Both the position numbers and the translations under genes were made by a program. This document shows, one piece after another, positions 1 through 10,020 of a stretch of DNA of 52,696 bases. Under the pieces are notes generated by a model. It was not told the DNA's origin, did no database searches, and saw only the letters and a list, made by a program, of their open reading frames with translations. Numbering within the stretch: position 1 is the stretch's first letter; each line of letters starts with the position of its first letter. Location of the stretch: sequence record DRR378314_1707; one strand, 5' to 3'.

Positions 1-1
1 G

Positions 2-574
2 TTCTACTGGGCCTGGTGGATTTCCTGGTCGCCTTTCGTCGGCATGTTTATCGCCCGTGTATCCAAAGGCCGCACGGTGCGTGAATTCATGCTCGCGGTA
101 TTGATTATTCCCACCCTGGTTTGTGGTGTCTGGGTGACTGCCTTCGGCGGCAACGCGCTGGATCAGATCCAGGCCGAAGTGGGCGCATTGAGCGGAGGGC
201 TCACCGAAGTACCGCTTGCCATGTTCCAAATGATGGAGAACATGCCGCTGACTTCATTTATTTCCTTCCTCGCTATTGTCCTGGTGCTGGTGTTCTTCGT
301 GACCTCCTCGGATTCCGGGTCGCTGGTCATTGATGGCATTACCGCAGGCGGCAAAGAGGATGCACCCGTCGCCCAACGTGTGTTCTGGGCAACCATGGAA
401 GGCGTGATTGCCGCCACCCTGTTGTTTGGCGGTGGTGCACAGGCGCTGAACGCACTTCAGGCGGGGGCCGTTACCGCCGGTTTGCCATTCGCCGTCATCC
501 TCATCCTGATGTGCGTCAGTTTGTACAAAGGGTTGAGCGGGGAGACGAAGAGGCAGCTTAAATACAGCGTGTAA
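2..574 (+). CDS. BCCT family (betaine/carnitine/choline) transporter, C-terminal part; runs off window start
   Basis: Frame open from position 2: FYWAWWISWSPFVGMFIARVSKGRTVREF (BCCT signature), plus FFVTSSDSGS. Confidence 0.93.
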   Translation, partial: FYWAWWISWSPFVGMFIARVSKGRTVREFMLAVLIIPTLVCGVWVTAFGGNALDQIQAEVGALSGGLTEVPLAMFQMMENMPLTSFISFLAIVLVLVFFVTSSDSGSLVIDGITAGGKEDAPVAQRVFWATMEGVIAATLLFGGGAQALNALQAGAVTAGLPFAVILILMCVSLYKGLSGETKRQLKYSV

Positions 575-579
575 AAACG

Positions 580-1830
580 TCAGGTCTTGACGGCTTGCCT
601 GGATGCCCATGCGAATCCAAGCAAGCCGACAATTGGGCCGGGCACCAGTATCCAGGCCGCGTCCAGGCCGATATGGTCGAACAGGGCGGTGATGGCTGCG
701 ATTGATACAACGGTAATCGCAAAGCCGATGGAGTTCTGGATGGCGAGCGCCGCACCCACCACTTCCTTCGGGCAGGCCTGAGCAGCCAGGGCGGAGAACT
801 GGGGCGAGTCTGCAATCACGGTAGCGCCCCAGGCAAGCAGAAGAACGCCTAGCCACATGGTGGACAAGTCACGCCAGAAAAGGGCAAACACCACAGCGCA
901 GACACACGACGACGCCAGCGCCCCCAGTGCAACCCTTGCGCTACCGATACGCCGTGACAGAGCCCCACCAATCAGGCAGCCCAACGCCCCAATCCCAATA
1001 ACACAGAATGCCATGCCCGATACTCCGATAGCCGAATATTCGCTAACCAGCGCCGTATTCGCCACCAGCAAAGGCACTATCGTCCAGAACGCATAGAGCT
1101 CCCACATATGCCCGAAATAACCCAGGGCTGCTGCTCGAAATCGGTTTACTTTAAAGGCGTCAAAGATCGTTAGAGGCTGTTCTGACGAGCCGGCAGAGGC
1201 CTGGTTCTTCTGGCGTGCCCCTGGCAGGTGGGGGCCGTCGCCGAGCAGATGGATAAGGAGGGCCCCGATCAGGGCAAGCGCCGAGGACGCCAGGATAACG
1301 TACTGCCAGGGCAGATCCGCACCTGCCTCGCGCAACGCGTGGGGTAGCGCGGTGCCGAGCGTCAGCATTGCAACGAGTTGGGCCAGGGCCTGGCCGGTGC
1401 GCTCGGGGGCCCAACTCACAATCAGTTTCATGCCCACGGGGTAAATGCCCGCCAGACACAGACCGACCATAAACCGGAACGCAATCGCGCTTGCCAGACC
1501 TTCCGAGAACCACGCGAAGCATGCGTTGAACAGGGCGCCGCTGACGGCGCTAAGGACAAAAATATGACTGGCCCGATACCGCTCCGCGACGCCGCCCAAT
1601 GCGACAATCAATGTGCCAAGGATAAAACCACCCTGAACCGCGTTGGTCAGCCAGCCTATGTCCGACGCGCTGATCTGCCAACTGGTCATCAGGGTATCCG
1701 TGGCGCTGTTGGCACTGAACCAGAGCGATGTGCCGAACAACTGGGCGAGGGCAATTGTCGCAACAGGGCCAAGCCATCGAAGAAGCCTTGGAGGGGTGGG
1801 GGCGGCCCCCTCAAATTGTTCTGACGCCAT
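580..1830 (-). CDS. MFS transporter
   Basis: 416 aa, about 12 hydrophobic segments; LWFSANS, GYFGHMWELYAFW and ADSPQFSAL motifs. Confidence 0.88.
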   Translation of the reverse strand: MASEQFEGAAPTPPRLLRWLGPVATIALAQLFGTSLWFSANSATDTLMTSWQISASDIGWLTNAVQGGFILGTLIVALGGVAERYRASHIFVLSAVSGALFNACFAWFSEGLASAIAFRFMVGLCLAGIYPVGMKLIVSWAPERTGQALAQLVAMLTLGTALPHALREAGADLPWQYVILASSALALIGALLIHLLGDGPHLPGARQKNQASAGSSEQPLTIFDAFKVNRFRAAALGYFGHMWELYAFWTIVPLLVANTALVSEYSAIGVSGMAFCVIGIGALGCLIGGALSRRIGSARVALGALASSCVCAVVFALFWRDLSTMWLGVLLLAWGATVIADSPQFSALAAQACPKEVVGAALAIQNSIGFAITVVSIAAITALFDHIGLDAAWILVPGPIVGLLGFAWASRQAVKT

Positions 1831-2009
1831 GAATGCTCTCCGTTTCTGTCGCCGTTTTTGCCGCGGGTGTCAGTTTAGACTGCCCCCTCGGTACAGTACA
1901 CTCATGGCGCAATACCTTCTGGTAGGGTGACGCCCCCGCCATGAGTGCGTTTATGGACAGCCACTCGAATGGGGTAAGCTAAGCGGGCATTCCAATGGGG
2001 TCATCATTC

Positions 2010-2993
2010 ATGCAAAGCCTGGATTACCGAGTCATCAATCAAGCCATCGAATGGCTATCTCAGGGCAGAACGGTCTGGCTGTGCACGGTTCTGGCAACGT
2101 TCGGTTCTTCCCCCAGGGAGCCCGGCTCTCTCATGGTCGCCACTTCAGACGGCGCACATATCGGATCGCTTTCCGGGGGCTGCGTAGAGGACGATTTTCT
2201 GGAGCGGCTTTCTGCCGGTGAATACGAACTGCCAGCGGTGGTTGTGCGCTATGGCGACCCAGCCGAAAGCCCCCGGAACGCCCGCATTCGCCTGCCTTGC
2301 GGCGGCATTCTTGAGGTGCTGGTTGAGCGGTTGGCCCCCACCCTGGAAAACCAGGACCATCTTGAGCAGGTGAGGGCGTCTTTGTCAGGCGAGATAGAGA
2401 TCGCTCGACATGTCCGCCTGACGGATTCGGCGCGATGGCTCTCCGACGCTGAGCCAACCGGCCCAAGAGTACTGTGGGAGGAAGGGAATGAGGTTGTCTC
2501 GGTGCGCGTCGGCCCCATTGCCCAGCTAATACTCGCCGGCTACTCGCCAGTGGCCGAGGCTTGTGCCGACTTTGCGATCAGCCTTGGTTACCGCGTGGTG
2601 CTCTGTGACCCACGGGAAGAGATCACAGGACAGCTCAAACTGCCCGAGGGGGTCGAGTTTATCCCTCGACTGCCTTCGGTGCACATTGCTTCTTCGGGCG
2701 CTTGCACACCGTCTACAGCGATCGTTGCGACGACCCATGATCCTCGAATCGACGATCTTGCGATGATGGAGGCCGTCAAATCACCAGCCTTCTACATCGG
2801 CGTGATGGGCTCTGTTCGCACCTCCCAGGCCCGGTGTGAACGGCTTCGACGTACGGGCCGACTGAACGATGCGGAGATCGAGCGCATCCATATGCCCATT
2901 GGGCTCAACCTTGGCAGCAAAACCCCGGTAGAAATTGCGCTCGCGATCATGGCCGACATCGTGCGCGTTCGGCGAGGTCGCCTTCTGGGGTGA
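2010..2993 (+). CDS. XdhC/CoxI family molybdoenzyme maturation factor
   Basis: GSSPREPG, GSLSGGCVE, LPCGG, THDPRIDD, YIGVMGS, PIGLNLGSKTPVEIA; ATG 2010 preferred over 1995. Confidence 0.92.
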   Translation: MQSLDYRVINQAIEWLSQGRTVWLCTVLATFGSSPREPGSLMVATSDGAHIGSLSGGCVEDDFLERLSAGEYELPAVVVRYGDPAESPRNARIRLPCGGILEVLVERLAPTLENQDHLEQVRASLSGEIEIARHVRLTDSARWLSDAEPTGPRVLWEEGNEVVSVRVGPIAQLILAGYSPVAEACADFAISLGYRVVLCDPREEITGQLKLPEGVEFIPRLPSVHIASSGACTPSTAIVATTHDPRIDDLAMMEAVKSPAFYIGVMGSVRTSQARCERLRRTGRLNDAEIERIHMPIGLNLGSKTPVEIALAIMADIVRVRRGRLLG

Positions 2994-3094
2994 CCAGTCG
3001 GAGCTGATTTTCAGTGGCTGCCAGAAGCGTGGTACCTTCAGGTAAGAAAACTTTTCGATGGATATCAGAAAATTAAGGCAGGCGGACGGACTTT

Positions 3095-4558
3095 ATGAAC
3101 GTAATCATTATCGGCGCGGGCATTATGGGGACCACATTTGCCACGTTGGCAAAAGAGCTGGCACCTGAACTGGATATCACCATTCTCGAAAGGCTGGATA
3201 GCGCCGGGGCAGGGAACTCCTGGGTCTTTAATAATGCCGGTACGGGGCATGAAGCAAACTGCGAGCTTAATTACACGCCGGTGGACGAAGAAGAGATATC
3301 GGTTGAGAAAGCCCTCAAGATTCACGCCCAGTTTAACGTGGCCAAGCAGTTCTGGGCTCATTTGGTGGAGAAGGGCGCCATCAAGGATCCCAAGTCTTTC
3401 ATCAACCAAACCAAACATTGCACCATTGTTTCCGAATCTGCCATGGAAGAATTGCGTTTACGATTCAAGGAAATGTCTGCCCATCATTTCTTTGAGCAGA
3501 TGCGTTACTCGGAAGATTTTGATGAGATCAAGAGCTGGATCCCCTTCACGATGGAAGGACGCCCGCGCCACGAAAAAATGGCGGCGACCGTTATTGAAAC
3601 CGGCACAGACGTTAACTTCGGGACGCTGACAGAGCAGATGGCCGAGCATGCCGTGAACGATCTGGGTGTTAAAATCCAATATGGAACCCATGTTAAACGG
3701 GTTCACCGTAGCCCGGCCGGAAGCTGGCTGGTGGAAACGGAAAGCCAGGGCGTTGCCAAACGCTACAAGGCTGATGTGTTGTTCGTCGGTGCCGGTGGTG
3801 GTGCCTTCCCCATTCTGAAAAAGAGCCACTTGCCGTTTGCCAAACGGTTCACCGGTTTCCCGGTGGGTGGGCGTTTTCTGCAGGCTCCGATCACCCCTGA
3901 GCAGGCTGATCAGTACCGGGCCAAGACCTATGGCAAGGCGAAGGTGGGCGCCCCTCCGATGTCAGTACCCCATCTGGATTTGCGGGTATCGGATGGCCAG
4001 CATTATTTGCTGTTTGGTCCTTTCGCCTCGTTCAAGCCCGTCCTCGAGCGGGGCCGTGGATTCCTGGACTACCTGCGCGCAATGCGCCTGCACGACATTC
4101 CAGGTTTGCTGAACGTCGCCCTGGAGCATTTCCCACTGGTTAAATACCTGGTCTCCGAGACCTTCAAGGGCGAAAAAAGCATGTTTGAAGAGCTGGACAG
4201 CTTCGCCCCGGGAATGAGTAAAAAGTTCGATTGGAAGCCAGTCGAGGCCGGGCAGCGAGTGCAGATTATTAAAGACGGGGATCTGCAAATGGGCACCGAG
4301 ATCCTTGTGTCGACCGACAAAACCTATGGCACCCTGCTGGGGGCCTCTCCGGGCGCGTCGGTCTCACCTGAAGTTATGTTGCGCTGCCTTGAGCAGTTGC
4401 TGCCCGCCATTTTCTCGAATGAACACGCCGAGAAAAAGAAGAAAGAGATCTTTCCCGAGGATAATCTGGAGACTCTGGCCAAGAGCCCTGAGCGTTACCG
4501 AGAGATTCGTGATGCGGTTAACGCTCGGTTGGGGATCAATAAGTCCGCGGCGCAATGA
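3095..4558 (+). CDS. mqo: Malate:quinone oxidoreductase
   Basis: GAGIMG FAD motif, NNAGTGH, CELNYTP, YGKAKVGAPPMSVPHLDLR, AGQRVQIIK, LLGASPGAS. Confidence 0.93.
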   Translation: MNVIIIGAGIMGTTFATLAKELAPELDITILERLDSAGAGNSWVFNNAGTGHEANCELNYTPVDEEEISVEKALKIHAQFNVAKQFWAHLVEKGAIKDPKSFINQTKHCTIVSESAMEELRLRFKEMSAHHFFEQMRYSEDFDEIKSWIPFTMEGRPRHEKMAATVIETGTDVNFGTLTEQMAEHAVNDLGVKIQYGTHVKRVHRSPAGSWLVETESQGVAKRYKADVLFVGAGGGAFPILKKSHLPFAKRFTGFPVGGRFLQAPITPEQADQYRAKTYGKAKVGAPPMSVPHLDLRVSDGQHYLLFGPFASFKPVLERGRGFLDYLRAMRLHDIPGLLNVALEHFPLVKYLVSETFKGEKSMFEELDSFAPGMSKKFDWKPVEAGQRVQIIKDGDLQMGTEILVSTDKTYGTLLGASPGASVSPEVMLRCLEQLLPAIFSNEHAEKKKKEIFPEDNLETLAKSPERYREIRDAVNARLGINKSAAQ

Positions 4559-4595
4559 GATCGCCACACCCTGTATTTGTAAACTGAACGTACTT

Positions 4596-4628
4596 TGATC
4601 AATCGGCACTCAATGTGCCGATTGATCA
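4596..4628. terminator. 14-bp perfect hairpin downstream of mqo
   Basis: TGATCAATCGGCAC-tcaat-GTGCCGATTGATCA; no clear U-tract. Confidence 0.5.
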
Positions 4629-4833
4629 GAGAACACGATCAAAGTTCAGGACATCTCGATAGACTCTCCCATACTCTGTTCATATACTTCCGTGGTTACT
4701 GCATGGAAGCACCTCAATGACTTCGGTTCTCTGGACACACTGTGTTCCCTTTCTCGTGCTTTCGTCCGGTTGCACATCGTGGAGCCTGGACGAGGGCTCC
4801 GTCACCCTGTCGTCATGTTGTTGAGGGAATAGG

Positions 4834-5665
4834 ATGGATCTGGTTTATAAAAATGAAAAACCACTATTGATCATTGCGGCGGTCTTTTCCGCCATATTCT
4901 GGTATGCCCGGCTCGTTGTTACCGGTTGTCGGTCCCGCCTTGCGTCGTGCCGAAGAATACACGTGTGATCGATACGGCGTTGCCTGCTGCCGGTCTGAAG
5001 GCGATATCAAGGCTGCGATTGCCGCAATCGCGGCAGGGGATACTCGCTGGAAGACGATTAATGTCGATGCCTACATAAACCAGGTTGCCACAACCAATGG
5101 ATTCTGGATGTCGTTCAACGAACTGACCGGGGACTATCCGTGGCTGACCAAGCGTATGGCCACTGCTGTTGCCGTGTCGCAAGGTAGGACGATAAGCCAT
5201 CCACGCCGTCACGGGTTTGCCTGGTTCCTTTCAATGTTCGTTCCCAGGGTGGGCGCCGGAGCGGGGGGCGCGGCGTCTCTCCTTATGACGATCGCCATAG
5301 TCGGGATACTCGCTGCTATTGCCATTCCGGCCTATCAGGAATACACCACAAGGGCGCGTTACACGTCGGCTTATTCAGCGGCACAACCTGTGCAACAGCA
5401 GGTGACCGACTATGGGTATGATAATGGGGCATGGCCAACGACCATGGAAGAGCTGGGGTATGCACAGCCCACCCTGTCGGATCTTGATAAGGGCTATGAG
5501 ATAGGTCTTTACGAGAACGGCCTGATTGGTGTGGAAGTAGGGACTGATGCCAACGGAGAATCCCAGTACATCGTACTGGAACCGGAAGTTGTCGAGGGGG
5601 AGATTAACTGGGCCTGCTACGGCCAGAACCTGAAACCGAAGCTTCTGCCACCCGAGTGCCGATAA
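4834..5665 (+). pseudogene. M48 peptidase-pilin fusion gene with internal deletion and frameshift
   Basis: RBS and ATG 4834 give MDLVYKNEKPLLIIAAVFSAIFW, then a different frame from 4904 gives MPGSLLPVVGPALRRAEEYTCDRYG...YPWLTKR (M48 C-terminus) and IAIVGILAAIAIPAYQEY (pilin); no HExxH. Confidence 0.75.
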
Positions 5666-5719
5666 CAGGACAGCACGGCCCCGCTCGCCTTCTGAATCCC
5701 GCGAGCGGGGTTCTTGCAA

Positions 5720-6613
5720 CTATCCCGCCTCTGCCATAAGCCGATTGATATCCCGGCCCGGCGGGTTGCCGAACATGCGAGCATAGTCGCGGCTGAAGTG
5801 TGAGGGGCTTTCATAACCGACACGATAGGCTGTAGTGGCGGCATCCTGCATTTCCACCAGCATTATCTGCCGGGCCTCCAGCAGCCTGAACCGCTTCTGA
5901 TATTGAAGCGGGCTCATTGCGGTTACGGTTTTGAAGTGCGCATGAAAGGACGAAACGCTCATGCCGAGCTGGTTGGCAAGCTCTTCCACTTTGACGGACT
6001 TGTCGAAATTCGACTTGAGATGATCTATAGCCACCGCAATGCGTTGCATATGGCTGCCGGGCCGGGCGAGTTGCGTGATTGCCTTGCCGAATTGACCATT
6101 CAACAGACGATAATAGATTTCACGCTTGATCATGGGCGCCAGCAAGGGGATGTCTTCGGGGGCATCCAGCAATCGCGCCAGACGCATAACACAGCCATCA
6201 AGCGTAGAATCCATGGTGCCGACGAATATTCCACGTTCTGTTGTGGCTCTGTCGTCCGTGGCAGTGCCGAACTGTACCAGCAGCTCTGCCAGTTGATGCT
6301 GGTCCAGATCAATCTGCAGGCTTAGATAGGGTTTGTCGCTGCTGCACTCCGTCACCTCTCCGATAACGGGCAGATCAACGGAAACCACCAGAAACTCGGA
6401 AGGCCGGTAATCATAGATTTCATCTTCCAGCCACACACGCTTATGCCCCTGGACGATGACACATAGACAGGGGTTATAGACACTTGGCAAGCGCGCATTC
6501 GGGTTGCTGAAGCGGATGCAGTTTACACCAGGAATCGCCGTGGTATGAATACCGTCCCCGTTGGAGAACCTGGCAATAATGGCAGATAGCTCTTCGTTCT
6601 GATGTAGGCTCAT
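5720..6613 (-). CDS. AraC family regulator (AraC_N domain, YqhC-like)
   Basis: C-terminal HTH MSVSSFHAHFKTVTAMSPLQYQK...VGYESPSHFSRDYARMFG; divergent from SDR. Confidence 0.93.
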   Translation of the reverse strand: MSLHQNEELSAIIARFSNGDGIHTTAIPGVNCIRFSNPNARLPSVYNPCLCVIVQGHKRVWLEDEIYDYRPSEFLVVSVDLPVIGEVTECSSDKPYLSLQIDLDQHQLAELLVQFGTATDDRATTERGIFVGTMDSTLDGCVMRLARLLDAPEDIPLLAPMIKREIYYRLLNGQFGKAITQLARPGSHMQRIAVAIDHLKSNFDKSVKVEELANQLGMSVSSFHAHFKTVTAMSPLQYQKRFRLLEARQIMLVEMQDAATTAYRVGYESPSHFSRDYARMFGNPPGRDINRLMAEAG

Positions 6614-6788
6614 GGATGCAGTATTAGTCCTCCTGTGACCCTATGAACTTTATCACCGGCCTCTACCGACCTCCATGCATTTGTAGAAAATGGCAATAAC
6701 CCTGTAGCTCTGTGTATCCGAAAGACCCGCCCTTCTCGCTAATCTGGCCCTGTCCATCCAATCAAAAAACGGTCAAAGGAGCAGAGTA

Positions 6789-7556
6789 ATGGTAACTCCC
6801 CAACAGAAAGTCGTTCTAATCACCGGCGGCAGCCGTGGCTTAGGCAAAAACATGGCATTGCATCTGGCCAACAAAGGCCGGGATGTCATCCTGACTTATC
6901 ATAGCCGGAAGGATGAGGCGGACGCCGTCGTTGAGACCATCAAGTCGATGGGGCGGAGAGCCGTGGCGTTGCAACTTGATGTGGGTAAGTCAGAGAGTTT
7001 TTCCCGGTTTGCTGGGCAGGTCAGCGATGTACTCAGTGAGCACTGGGGCCGCAAAGACTTTGACTATCTGATCAATAATGCGGGTACCGGGGTATTCAAG
7101 GACTACCTGGACATTGCGGAGGAGGAGTTCAGCCGTATGGTGAATGAGCACATCAAGGGGCCCTTCTTCCTCTCACAAACACTGATGCCCGCCATGAAAA
7201 ACGGTGGGCGCATACTGAATGTGTCCTCGGGCCTGACGCGCATGGCCATACCAGGCTTTTCAGCCTACGCCATGATGAAAGCCGCGCTCGAAACGCTTTC
7301 TGTGTATATGGCGAAAGAACTTGGCTCAAGAGGCATTACTGTGAACACGATTGCTCCGGGAGCGATTGAGACAGATTTCGGAGGAGGTTATGTACGAGAC
7401 ACACCGGAAGTGAATGAAGAATTGGCCGCCATGACCGCGCTGGGTCGTGTCGGTTTACCAGATGATGTAGGTGGTGCGGTAGCCGCGATTTTTGATGACG
7501 ACGCCGGCTGGATCAATGCGCAGCGGATTGAAGTGTCTGGTGGCCAGGGACTCTGA
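6789..7556 (+). CDS. SDR family NAD(P)-dependent oxidoreductase
   Basis: TGGSRGLG, NNAG, YAMMK catalytic motif. Confidence 0.94.
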   Translation: MVTPQQKVVLITGGSRGLGKNMALHLANKGRDVILTYHSRKDEADAVVETIKSMGRRAVALQLDVGKSESFSRFAGQVSDVLSEHWGRKDFDYLINNAGTGVFKDYLDIAEEEFSRMVNEHIKGPFFLSQTLMPAMKNGGRILNVSSGLTRMAIPGFSAYAMMKAALETLSVYMAKELGSRGITVNTIAPGAIETDFGGGYVRDTPEVNEELAAMTALGRVGLPDDVGGAVAAIFDDDAGWINAQRIEVSGGQGL

Positions 7557-7647
7557 TTGATCAATCAAGGAAACCTTATCGGAGGGCCTTTCAGGCCCTC
7601 ATTAACAGCTGATTGGGTTTCCGCCGCGATTTCTAGAGCTGGGAAAA

Positions 7648-7807
7648 AGCTCGAGGATAGCTTTTCAAGATAAACTCGGCATTGAAATACCTGACAGTTC
7701 GATTACGCTTCGAGTTACAGAAGAAGGTTGCACCAGAGGCAAAATGTCGTACTGATAAGGTTCGTGCATTCGTTTCGTGGATTACCGGTGAGGTAGATTC
7801 GAAGTAG
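7648..7807 (+). pseudogene. Degenerate 3' remnant of a LysR gene paralogous to 40589..41473
   Basis: SSRIAFQDKLGIEIPDSSITLRVTEE then VAPEAKCRTDKVRAFVSWITGEVDSK*, matching 41180-41257 and 41396-41473. Confidence 0.85.
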
Positions 7808-7883
7808 CGCTCTATCAGGCCTATTTTCGATAACCGCGCGCGGAAAACGATATTTTTCATATTAGGCTGAAGGATAGCTAGCA

Positions 7884-8294
7884 ATGACGCGAACACAGTT
7901 CCTCCAGGATTTGATCAAACAGCTCTCTCCCACACTGGATCCGACGCATTACGTCTATTGCACAGTAGCAAAAGCAACGTATGGCGAGCTGGATAAGCTC
8001 AAACCCATTGTCAGTATTGCGGAGCTGGAAGGCCTTACGCTGGTTATCCCCCTCGATAATGCCAAAGCCGAAGGTCTGGACTATTACAGAGTCTTCCGGC
8101 GCATCACCCTCGAGGGCCACTCAAGCCTTGAAGCTCTGGGGCTCACATCCGTAGTAACCAGCCTTCTGGCCGAAAGGGGCATTACCACCAACGTTATTGC
8201 CGGGTTCTATCACGACCACATGTTCGTACCCAGCGATCGAACTGAAGAGGCTATGAAAGCCTTGAAGGAACTGGCCTTGGGACAGGAAAGCTGA
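7884..8294 (+). CDS. ACT-domain protein (DUF2241-like)
   Basis: YVYCTV, ELEGLTLV, RRITLEGHSSLEALGLT, NVIAGFYHDHMFVP. Confidence 0.85.
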   Translation: MTRTQFLQDLIKQLSPTLDPTHYVYCTVAKATYGELDKLKPIVSIAELEGLTLVIPLDNAKAEGLDYYRVFRRITLEGHSSLEALGLTSVVTSLLAERGITTNVIAGFYHDHMFVPSDRTEEAMKALKELALGQES

Positions 8295-8390
8295 CCGTTT
8301 CAAACGGTTCCACGGTTGGTGCGTATACCTTGGAAAGGGCTGCCCCTGTTCGGACAGCCCTTCAGAAACGTCTTTTACTGCCGTAATCCG

Positions 8391-8717
8391 TCAAGCGGCG
8401 CGCTTCTGGTTGAACCAGTCCTCAGTGCCGCCTTCATAGTCGTAGACCTCCGTAAAGCCGGCATCTTCGAGCTTCTTGGCTGCCTTGGGAGAAGCATCAC
8501 AGTCGAAATTCGCGCAGTAAACGACGAGCTTCCGGTCCTTACTGCCGGCAACGGCCTCTACCTGCTCCAGAAAGGACGGTTCCTCCACAGGAACGTTGAT
8601 GGATGTGCGGATATGCTCTCGGTTGAAGGCGTTCCTCGGCAGGACATTGATGAGCACAAAATCTTCATGCTCAGTCTCGTTCATTTGTTTGAGGTCGTCA
8701 CGGCTAATGCTCTTCAT
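8391..8717 (-). CDS. Rhodanese-like domain protein
   Basis: HIRTSINVP, VVYCANFDCDAS, VYDYEGGTEDW. Confidence 0.9.
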   Translation of the reverse strand: MKSISRDDLKQMNETEHEDFVLINVLPRNAFNREHIRTSINVPVEEPSFLEQVEAVAGSKDRKLVVYCANFDCDASPKAAKKLEDAGFTEVYDYEGGTEDWFNQKRAA

Positions 8718-8792
8718 AGCGTTTCTCCTTCGTTGAGGAAATGGCTACCTCAATACTCCACTGTGATGGTCTGAGACTCGATTTCAAGGTGG

Positions 8793-9950
8793 TTAGCGGC
8801 CATCCGTCCGATAAAATTCACGGCTTTTCTCATAAACGGTCGCCATATCGATGAGGACAAACCCCAGCCCCGATTCATGCAAGAAGAAGGTGTAACTCTC
8901 TCCTGAGGGAAGGCTCTGCCAATATTCTGGGATATTGCTTTCCCGTTGGTCGATCGCAGGGTAATGGGAATGTTCAAAGTAGCCGGTATCGGTGCTGTCG
9001 TAGGCAACGGAAAGTGGTTCGGGCGAGACCATCAACGTGTACCGCTGAAGGCCAGGATAGGTGGCCGCCAGGGCGATGACACAGAGCAGGCCTGCAAGGC
9101 CGATGCGCTCTGCACGGGGAGCACCGTTCCCCAGCCGGATACCCAAAACACCGGCCAGCAAGCCCGTCGAAACAAAGGGCCAAAGTGGCAGTTCACCAAT
9201 AATGAGGTAGTTGGTGAGCATGACGTAATCAATAAGGGCATAGGAGCCGAGCACGGCCAGCAGAACTAGCTGTAGAACCATGCCTTTGTGTTTCAATAGG
9301 TTGAAGTGGTTTGCCAATGGCCCGGTTCGATCAGTTGGAGCCGACGTAAAGCCTATGTTGCCTGTAACCCCGGACAGCGCTTTGACAAGAGGAGCCTCGT
9401 TAATGAGTGCTTCGACCCTCGTCTTGGGCCTCCCAAAGGCGCTGCCGATGCCTATTCGGTGATCTGGGTGGCCTTCTTTTAAAAAGTGGTAGGGCTGCAG
9501 CCGGTAGGTCCGTCTATCGGTGACCAGATTGAGCTTTGACTGCTGAAGCGCCTGAGCCATATTCCGGAACCCCGTAACGGGCGTCAGTTCCACCTCCCGG
9601 ATCGACTTTAACGGAATCCGGTGATCTCCGGTGGTGAACCCCATGAGCCCGAGGCCGGTCAATCGTGGGATATGAATCGTGAGGCTCTCGCTGTCCAATT
9701 CCAACCAGACCTGGCGATTGACGAACGCCACGACGCAACCCAACAGCAGAAATAATGCGAATAGGTGCAGCTCGAAAGGGATGTTACCGTGTTCGTTGAG
9801 GTAAAGTTCGCTGAAATCCAGTTCACCAACGTTTGGCAGTTCCAATAGCAGCAGGCTTCCGAGCAGGATCGCCAGCAAGGCTCCGATTCCTGCGAACAAG
9901 TGGCTGGTTTTGAGAATGCTGGCAGAGTAACGAAAACGCTGTTTACCCAT
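8793..9950 (-). CDS. Hypothetical membrane protein
   Basis: 385-aa ORF with about 5 hydrophobic segments; no recognised family. Confidence 0.7.
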   Translation of the reverse strand: MGKQRFRYSASILKTSHLFAGIGALLAILLGSLLLLELPNVGELDFSELYLNEHGNIPFELHLFALFLLLGCVVAFVNRQVWLELDSESLTIHIPRLTGLGLMGFTTGDHRIPLKSIREVELTPVTGFRNMAQALQQSKLNLVTDRRTYRLQPYHFLKEGHPDHRIGIGSAFGRPKTRVEALINEAPLVKALSGVTGNIGFTSAPTDRTGPLANHFNLLKHKGMVLQLVLLAVLGSYALIDYVMLTNYLIIGELPLWPFVSTGLLAGVLGIRLGNGAPRAERIGLAGLLCVIALAATYPGLQRYTLMVSPEPLSVAYDSTDTGYFEHSHYPAIDQRESNIPEYWQSLPSGESYTFFLHESGLGFVLIDMATVYEKSREFYRTDGR

Positions 9951-10020
9951 GGTTCAATATCATCCCTGAATCTGTATCCGTGAGTTAGGAGTTTATGGTA
10001 AACGAAGAGGAGCCCCTATT

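Noticed and set aside
254-856. 200-aa minus-strand ORF and similar overlapping ORFs
   Set aside because: Shadow frames of well-supported genes, with no motifs
7633-7896. 87-aa minus-strand ORF
   Set aside because: Antisense shadow of the lysR relic; it mirrors the shadow ORF 41165..41386
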